Below, piece by piece: positions 57,934-64,000 of a stretch of DNA of 64,000 nt; position 1 is the stretch's first letter, and every line of letters begins with the position of its first letter. Origin of the DNA: Thermoplasmatota archaeon (GTDB taxonomy: Archaea > Thermoplasmatota > E2 > JACPAO01 > JAHFTW01); the NCBI GenBank assembly GCA_041601615.1, contig JBFIHX010000007.1, positions 32,001-96,000 of the forward strand, written 5' to 3'. A program made the position numbers and the translations under genes. A model generated the notes under the pieces. That model was given only the letters and a program-made list of their open reading frames with translations. It had not been told where the DNA came from and made no database searches.

Positions 57934-59634
57934 TTACAGCGGATGCGCCAGAATGAACGCCTCTGCATTGATTCGCGCTGCAGGATCCCAGCCCTTGGCA
58001 AACATCGGGCGCTGAAGCGTCGCGGTGTAGACATCGGCGTGGCCGTCGCGCGTATCGGGCCAGACAGGGTGGGCGGCTTGCCAACTGCTGTCGATGTCGT
58101 TGTAGTCGCCGATGAAGATGTTGCCATTCTGGTGGAAGCTCAACGCCGGGTCCCAGCCGCCGTCGTCGCTGTCGCGAACGCTGAATGGCTTGGCCCAGGT
58201 CTTGCCGCCGTCAAGCGAGTAGGTGTAGTGCTGCTCGAAGGTGGGGTGGCCGTCCACGAGGCGCGTGTTTTGGGTGTCCATCCAGCTGACATCGATGACG
58301 CCGCCGGGGCTGACGCTCACGGCGGGGAAGATGCTCCAGTTTTCGACGGTGCCATTGGTGACGTCCGTGGCGCTGATGCGGATGGGGTGGGTGAAGGAGT
58401 CGCCTTTGTCGTGGCTGGCGCTGAAGTAGATGCTGTTGGCTCCTTGTTCGGCGCATTCGGTGCGAGCGCTCCAGTTCTTGTCACCGCAGGCGTCGTTCCA
58501 GACGAAGTACATGGAGTCTGCAAAGGGCGAGTCGGGGTTGCGGTCGGTCGCCATGGCGGGGAAGCCAGTGCGGCGGTCGCGGGGCGACAGGCCAGGCATG
58601 CTCTGCGGGTTGGTGTCGGGGCCTTCGATGATTTCGCCCCAGGTTTCGCCGTAGTCCATGCTGCGCTTGAGGCGGATGCCGCCACTGTGCCAGGCCGCGT
58701 ACACCTCGCCGCCGGTGCCGACGTCCAAGAAGCTGCCTTGTCCGCTTTCCAAAAATTGCAGGGCAACGATTTCGGTGCAGAGGTAGGTGGCGCCGCCGTC
58801 GGTGCTGCGGCAGTATTGGTTGCCGGGCACGAAGAATGCGAGCCACATGACGTGGATGGTGCCGTCGGAGCTCGCAGCAATCCAGCCTTTGTCATGGAAG
58901 TTGACGGGGAAGGTGCCTTCGAGCACGGGCGTGAAGGTGTGGAAGGAGTCGCCTCCGTCGCTGCTGACGGCGACGATTTGCGTTGCGCGGTTGAAGGCCC
59001 AGTCGTTGAGGGCTCCTTGGGGGCATTCTTCTTCGCAGGTCTTGCTGCCGGTGACGCGGTCGGCTTGGTACGCCATCAGCAAGTAGTACAGTTCGCCGTT
59101 TACGTCGAAGTAGGCGACGGGGTCGGTGGTGCACCAAAACTGGCTGGCGTAGTTGGCTTGGAAGGAGTTGCGGTCGGCCAGGAGGCGCCATGGGCTGCCG
59201 TCGAAGCTGCGGTCGGCAAATGTGGTGCGCCCGCCATCGTGGCTGACGTAGACGCCGTCCCAGACACATTCACCGGCATCGGTTGGGTAGTAGTCCTTGG
59301 CGCCGCCGACGATGTTGCGCGGATCGGCAGGATTCACAGCGATGGTGACTTCGTTGCCGCTGCGGCCTTCGTCAGGCGTCATCTCGAAGTCACACCGGCG
59401 CTCCATGGCCTGCTGGTACGTCGTGGCTTTGGCGGGGTGCTCGACCAGGAAATGGCACACGGGCACCGGGATGGGCAAGCCCGCGTCGTCCACGGCGGTG
59501 AACTGAACGCCGGGCCCGTGGTTGAGGCTCGCGGGGCCAGCGCCCACGTCATCGTTGGGGGCAGGCGAGTCGCTGATGCACCCTGCGAGGGCGGTGATCA
59601 AAAAGAGAGGAGCCAGGAAGGCCTGGATACGCAT
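57934..59634 (-). CDS. BNR/Asp-box (sialidase-like) beta-propeller lipoprotein
   Basis: LAGC; Asp boxes SHDGGRT, SSDGGDSF, STDGGATY, SMDYGETW, SHDKGDSF, SLDGGKTW; FIGDY. Confidence 0.85.
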   Translation of the reverse strand: MRIQAFLAPLFLITALAGCISDSPAPNDDVGAGPASLNHGPGVQFTAVDDAGLPIPVPVCHFLVEHPAKATTYQQAMERRCDFEMTPDEGRSGNEVTIAVNPADPRNIVGGAKDYYPTDAGECVWDGVYVSHDGGRTTFADRSFDGSPWRLLADRNSFQANYASQFWCTTDPVAYFDVNGELYYLLMAYQADRVTGSKTCEEECPQGALNDWAFNRATQIVAVSSDGGDSFHTFTPVLEGTFPVNFHDKGWIAASSDGTIHVMWLAFFVPGNQYCRSTDGGATYLCTEIVALQFLESGQGSFLDVGTGGEVYAAWHSGGIRLKRSMDYGETWGEIIEGPDTNPQSMPGLSPRDRRTGFPAMATDRNPDSPFADSMYFVWNDACGDKNWSARTECAEQGANSIYFSASHDKGDSFTHPIRISATDVTNGTVENWSIFPAVSVSPGGVIDVSWMDTQNTRLVDGHPTFEQHYTYSLDGGKTWAKPFSVRDSDDGGWDPALSFHQNGNIFIGDYNDIDSSWQAAHPVWPDTRDGHADVYTATLQRPMFAKGWDPAARINAEAFILAHPL

Positions 59635-59689
59635 TGGGCGCGCGAGGCAAGCCACCACGCTTGGGCTTTGCGGCAGCGACCTCGGCCTG

Positions 59690-60331
59690 TTAGAGTGTCG
59701 TTTGACGAGGTGCCAGCAAGCGCCGCACCGTTTCCCAACTGCGCCGGGCGCCCTCTGGAACGTCGCCGTGCGCTTGGACCCATGCTGCAAGAAACGCCTT
59801 GGTTTTCGGGTCGCTTGGGTATCCGGAGCCCATTTCCATCGGCAACACGCGCTCAAGACGCCTGGCAAGATCTGCAACCCGTCGGTCCCTGGTGACTTTG
59901 GCAACGATGCTTGCGGCCGCAACCTCCACGTGCTCCTCGTCGGCGCGGTGTTGGCTGTGCACGTCGACGCCTTCGAGACCTTCCATCATGCGGCGGCCGA
60001 AGCGGGCGGCATCCACGTCAGCTGCATCCACCACGACGCGAGCCACTCCTAGTTCGGCCGCGATTTCACGAAATCGAACGAGTTCAATGTGGTTGAGGGT
60101 GTTCGTGGCGCGCTCTGCATCCAGTACATCGGCTTCGATGACCCGCACCACGACGCGCACATCTGGGTCGGCTTCGAGCAAGCGAGCGATGCGTTCGCGC
60201 TTGGCGGCGGTCAATTTCTTGGAGTCTTTGCAACCAAGTTGGTGCAGCTTGGCGGCGTCCCCCGCGACTCCTGCCACGACCAAAGGCCCCAGGACTGGTC
60301 CCCGTCCGGCCTCATCGATCCCACCCTGCAC
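59690..60331 (-). CDS. rnhB: Ribonuclease HII
   Basis: GIDEAGRGPVLGP, KDSKKL, AASIVAKV.RD, GSGYPSDP. Confidence 0.97.
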   Translation of the reverse strand: MQGGIDEAGRGPVLGPLVVAGVAGDAAKLHQLGCKDSKKLTAAKRERIARLLEADPDVRVVVRVIEADVLDAERATNTLNHIELVRFREIAAELGVARVVVDAADVDAARFGRRMMEGLEGVDVHSQHRADEEHVEVAAASIVAKVTRDRRVADLARRLERVLPMEMGSGYPSDPKTKAFLAAWVQAHGDVPEGARRSWETVRRLLAPRQTTL

Positions 60332-60449
60332 AAACCATCCAGGTGGCCTCGGTCAGATAAAGCCGCCCGGGTTGCTGGCAATCCTTTAGCACCGCAAGGC
60401 CAAGGTTGTGCCGGGAACCGACCTCGCCAAGCACCCACTTGGAACACCG

Positions 60450-60476
60450 ACCACCACCACCACCACCACCACCACC
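60450..60476. repeat. (ACC)9 trinucleotide microsatellite
   Basis: Perfect repeat in the divergent intergenic region. Confidence 0.9.
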
Positions 60477-60593
60477 TTGGGCCTCGCCGGACGCGCCTGC
60501 CGGCGGGGCCCTTCAGGCACGTTTGGAACGGCTTGTTCTCCTGTTGCAGCTCTCATTGGTTGGTTGTTCGGCGCGGACCCAACCACCGTGTGG

Positions 60594-60600
60594 CTTTTAT
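60594..60600 (+). promoter_or_regulatory. Putative TATA box
   Basis: CTTTTAT about 25 nt before ATG 60626. Confidence 0.5.
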
Positions 60601-60625
60601 TGCCTGGCGCAGAGCATGGGGACAT

Positions 60626-62641
60626 ATGACCCGAACCGGTCCCTGGACTCTCGTCCTGTTGTTCGTATTCGCCTCGACTGCCGTGATGGTCGATACTGCG
60701 CAGGCCCAATTGGAGCAAACGGGCTCCGTGGAAGGCATGACCTGCATCGATGGCTCGGATGGCTGCTGGAACGCCATCCCCAACGCCACCATTACTCTGG
60801 AGCGCACCGACGGTGTCGTACCTGCCTCCTACAAGACCACCAGCAACAGCGACGGCTGGTTTGGATTCAAGGAAGTCCCCGCGGGCACATACAAGGCAAG
60901 CGCAAGCCACACGGGCTTCTCTGTTGCATCCAGCTCCGTGCTCGTTAAGGCCGAAAACGCAAGCCGCATCGAGCTTCGCCTCGAACCCCAAAGCGTCACC
61001 CCCTCCGTAACTGTGGCAAACGAATCCGGCAGCGGCATCGACGCGACCGTCCGCTGGTGGTCCGACCGCACCTCAGGCTCCAGCAAAATCAGCGCCGGCA
61101 AAGGCAGCCTCTCCACCACGAGCGGCTACCACTCCTTCGAAATCAGCGCCCCCGGCTACGCCCAGACCAACAAGTGGTTCCTCGTAGACGGCACCGCAAT
61201 CAGCTTCACCCTCGCCAAGGTGCCCCCGCAAACAGCCACCATCACCGGCGTCATCAAGGACCAAGACGGCACGCCTGTCTCTGGCGCCATTGTGGAAGTC
61301 TACCAATACGGCGGCTACGACTACGACTACGACTATGAGTACGAGGAAGCACCCCCTGAATCGTCCTCCTCCAGCCCAAGCCCAATTCGTGAACCCTACT
61401 ACCCGCAATACGGCGGCAACAACCAAACCCGAACCGCCGCCGACGGCTCGTACCGCATCCACGTCTGGGCCGGTGAAGTCAATCTCAACATCCACAAGGC
61501 AGGCCACGCCCAACGCCACGACAACGTCGCGGTCAAAGACGGCCAGACCCTGAACCTCGACGTGAAACTGCTGAAGTTCCCCGAGAAAACCGCCCACATC
61601 GAAGGCCGCATCATCGGCAGCGACGGCAAGGCTCTGCGCTACGTCTCCCTGAACCTCTGGAGCCCTGCCTACGGCATTCGCGAATGCAGCATCCAAGCGG
61701 AAGACGCCCAAAGCAAGCAAAGCGGAACCGGCAACAGTAGTAGCAGCGGCGGCAGCGGAAGCACCGGCAGCAGCACCGAACCGGCCATCGCCTACCCCGA
61801 ACCATACCCCTACTACGACCCCGGCTGCGTCATCACCATGTACGCCGACGGCACCTTCAATGGCGATGTGACCCCCGGCTACACCATCCTCGAAGCCTGG
61901 CACGACCACTGGCGCACCTGCAACGAAACCAGCAGCAGCGACGGCAGCTTGAGCCGCACCTGCGGCCCCGAGTACCTCGGATACTCCCGCACACTCGACC
62001 TGCAAGCAGACCAAACCACCAAGATCGTCGTGCAGCTGGTTGCCCGCCCCGCCCCCGACGCCCGCGTCAGTGGCTACGTCGTCGACAAGGACACCAAGAC
62101 GGCCATCCCCGGCGTCCAAGTGCAATTCAGCAACGAAGAAAACTACGGCTGGGGCAACGCCGGCACCGACAAGGACGGCAGCTACAACGTCAAACTGCGC
62201 AACGGCTACCACCGAGTCCACGTCTGGGCCGAAGGCTACCTCCCCTGGCAAGGCACCCTGTTTGTCCCCGCCAAAGGCAACATCGACCTCGACATCGTGC
62301 TAACCCCCGGCCAAGAAACCTACGGATACTGCTGCTACGCCTACGACGACATGGCCTACGCCGAATCCAGCGACGGATCCGTCAAAGCCTCCTCCTCGCC
62401 CCGGCCCGCAACGGCCCCGCCCATGGAGTCCAGCGCCGAAACATCTGAGTCCCGCAACACCAACAGCGGCGGCTCCGACGGCGAGACCGTGCAGGACCTC
62501 GGCGGCGGCCTCGGCCCCTACGACGCCAAGAAACGCGCAGCCCTGCAAGAGTCCAGCGACAACGGCGCTCCCGGCGCCGGCATCGCCCTGCTTGCCATGG
62601 CGCTGCTTGGTGCCCTGCTCATCGCCAGGCGACAACAGTAA
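60626..62641 (+). CDS. Surface protein with multiple carboxypeptidase-regulatory-like domains and PGF-CTERM-like anchor
   Basis: Signal peptide; repeated 'I.G.I.D..G.P..GA' units; APGAG-hydrophobic-RR tail. Confidence 0.8.
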   Translation: MTRTGPWTLVLLFVFASTAVMVDTAQAQLEQTGSVEGMTCIDGSDGCWNAIPNATITLERTDGVVPASYKTTSNSDGWFGFKEVPAGTYKASASHTGFSVASSSVLVKAENASRIELRLEPQSVTPSVTVANESGSGIDATVRWWSDRTSGSSKISAGKGSLSTTSGYHSFEISAPGYAQTNKWFLVDGTAISFTLAKVPPQTATITGVIKDQDGTPVSGAIVEVYQYGGYDYDYDYEYEEAPPESSSSSPSPIREPYYPQYGGNNQTRTAADGSYRIHVWAGEVNLNIHKAGHAQRHDNVAVKDGQTLNLDVKLLKFPEKTAHIEGRIIGSDGKALRYVSLNLWSPAYGIRECSIQAEDAQSKQSGTGNSSSSGGSGSTGSSTEPAIAYPEPYPYYDPGCVITMYADGTFNGDVTPGYTILEAWHDHWRTCNETSSSDGSLSRTCGPEYLGYSRTLDLQADQTTKIVVQLVARPAPDARVSGYVVDKDTKTAIPGVQVQFSNEENYGWGNAGTDKDGSYNVKLRNGYHRVHVWAEGYLPWQGTLFVPAKGNIDLDIVLTPGQETYGYCCYAYDDMAYAESSDGSVKASSSPRPATAPPMESSAETSESRNTNSGGSDGETVQDLGGGLGPYDAKKRAALQESSDNGAPGAGIALLAMALLGALLIARRQQ

Positions 62642-62667
62642 GACCCCCCTTCTCCCATCTTATTCCC

Positions 62668-63144
62668 ATGGAGCTTTGGTTGCTTCGCCATGCCCACGCT
62701 CCATGGACCTCCTCCATTCCCGACGCCGAGCGCCCCCTTGACGCACTAGGCATGCAACAAGCAGACGAAACGGGAGCCTGGATGCGCCAACAACGCCTCC
62801 GCCCCGACCACATCCTCGTCAGTCCCGCCGTGCGCACGCGCCAAACAGCCGAGAGGGTTCTCGGCGCCCAGGCACAAAGATGCGTTGTCGATCCTCGACT
62901 CTACGAAGCACGACTCGACGACCTGCTTCGCGCCCTACAAGACATCCCCGCTGACGCCCAGCGCGTCCTCCTCGTCGGCCACAACCCCGGCATGGAGCAA
63001 CTGGTGCGATACCTTGCGCCTCGTTCCTCCACCGATGAACCGGAACTGGACGTCCAACCCTGCACCCTGGTCCGGCTCCGCATCCACGGATTCACCAACA
63101 ACGGTGGCAAAATCTTAGAGATCCATCGAACCGGAACCCCGTGA
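62668..63144 (+). CDS. sixA: SixA-type phosphohistidine phosphatase
   Basis: LLRHA, D.ERPL..G, SPAVRTRQT, LVGHNPG. Confidence 0.88.
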   Translation: MELWLLRHAHAPWTSSIPDAERPLDALGMQQADETGAWMRQQRLRPDHILVSPAVRTRQTAERVLGAQAQRCVVDPRLYEARLDDLLRALQDIPADAQRVLLVGHNPGMEQLVRYLAPRSSTDEPELDVQPCTLVRLRIHGFTNNGGKILEIHRTGTP

Positions 63145-63939
63145 CTCCGCCTCTCGAAGCGACGAAGCCACGCTGGCCAACGCACGAAGACCCGGCACCG
63201 TACGCGTTCCAAACCAAGTAAGCGCCTCACCGTCGATCACAAGCTTTCGCTCCTGCACCCCGGCCCGCCCGAGCCCCGCCGTATCGATTTGCTCCAATTT
63301 CTTGTCAAATGGATACGGCTCCGTAGGCAACAAAGTCCAAGCCGCACCCGACGCCGCGACCTCGGCCGCATCGACTTGGAAATACTTGGGTCCCTGATGG
63401 CGCCCAAATACATTGGCAAGCCCCACCGCCGCCAGCATCGCATGCGGATACGCCGAGCGGTCAAACGTCATCCAAGGATCATACCAAATCGGACAAAACA
63501 CCGGCACCGCCAACTGATTGCGCGTCGGCCGCACCGCCTCCAGAGTCTCGCGAATCAACATGGCCGCCGCCAAGCCCGCATCCGGAACCCCACACCGAAT
63601 CCCAAGCTCATCCAAAAACGTTGCAGCATCCTCCACCGAATCAATTTCTGAGTGCAAAACCTCCACGCCCGCCGCCCGCAGCGCCTCCACGAGCGCCAAC
63701 GGATTCTCATCCTTGTCCACCACCACAAGATCAGGTTCAAGCGCCAAAATTTTCTCCAACTTGGCATCCTTCGTGCCGCCCACAACAGGAATGGAATCGA
63801 CCCAAGGAGCCGGCGCGATGCAAAACCGAGTCCGGCCCACGACGCGGTTGGCCAAACCCAAATCATGCAAGCTCTCCGTGTGGCTCGGAACCAGGGACAC
63901 AATACGCTGCGGGGGCTGCACAAGGGCGCGGAGGCGCAC
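63115..63939 (-). CDS. Helical-backbone metal receptor (BtuF-like) without evident signal peptide
   Basis: RIVSLVPSHTE, VGRTRFC, VGGTK, PDLV...EN, EPYPF, IDGE...W.G.R; start uncertain. Confidence 0.85.
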   Translation of the reverse strand: MRLRALVQPPQRIVSLVPSHTESLHDLGLANRVVGRTRFCIAPAPWVDSIPVVGGTKDAKLEKILALEPDLVVVDKDENPLALVEALRAAGVEVLHSEIDSVEDAATFLDELGIRCGVPDAGLAAAMLIRETLEAVRPTRNQLAVPVFCPIWYDPWMTFDRSAYPHAMLAAVGLANVFGRHQGPKYFQVDAAEVAASGAAWTLLPTEPYPFDKKLEQIDTAGLGRAGVQERKLVIDGEALTWFGTRTVPGLRALASVASSLREAESRGSGSMDL

Positions 63940-64000
63940 GGGATGGAAACGGTTGCGTCCGGCAAACGACCACACCCAACCCACCAATTTCATTCATCGA

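Noticed and set aside
60089-60625. N-terminal poly-His extension of the 850-aa ORF
   Set aside because: Overlaps rnhB antisense; signal peptide and TATA-like box support the start at 60626; the His run is the microsatellite.

Overview
GC-rich archaeal chromosome segment. Archaeal markers include rpoE1-spt4-DUF359-rps24e-rps27ae, FEN-1, Dph2, MfnA, archaeal Hpt, RNase HII and ArgS. The overall gene content suggests a Thermoplasmatota-like lineage, but that is inference. About 65 CDS are supported: housekeeping genes mixed with about 10 lipobox-bearing lipoproteins and other surface proteins. No rRNA, tRNA, CRISPR array, integrase or transposase was recognised. Most notable observations: (1) a tandem trio of small secreted proteins built from a shuffled 4-Cys 'GPDIDQG' module; (2) two loci sharing a homologous extracellular domain plus TM helix, wired to a double winged-helix regulator either fused or split through a TPR tail, one of them with an AT-rich front end, which is a candidate undescribed transmembrane signalling system; (3) a ~100-bp multi-hairpin repeat present three times; (4) two orphan duplicated gene 3' ends (rps27ae and a BNR lipoprotein) that differ mainly at synonymous sites; (5) strand C/G asymmetry that flips every few to ~15 kb, partly independent of gene direction; (6) an acyl-CoA desaturase-family gene and a type-C two-domain multicopper oxidase. 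All family calls come from motif recognition by eye; no searches were run.
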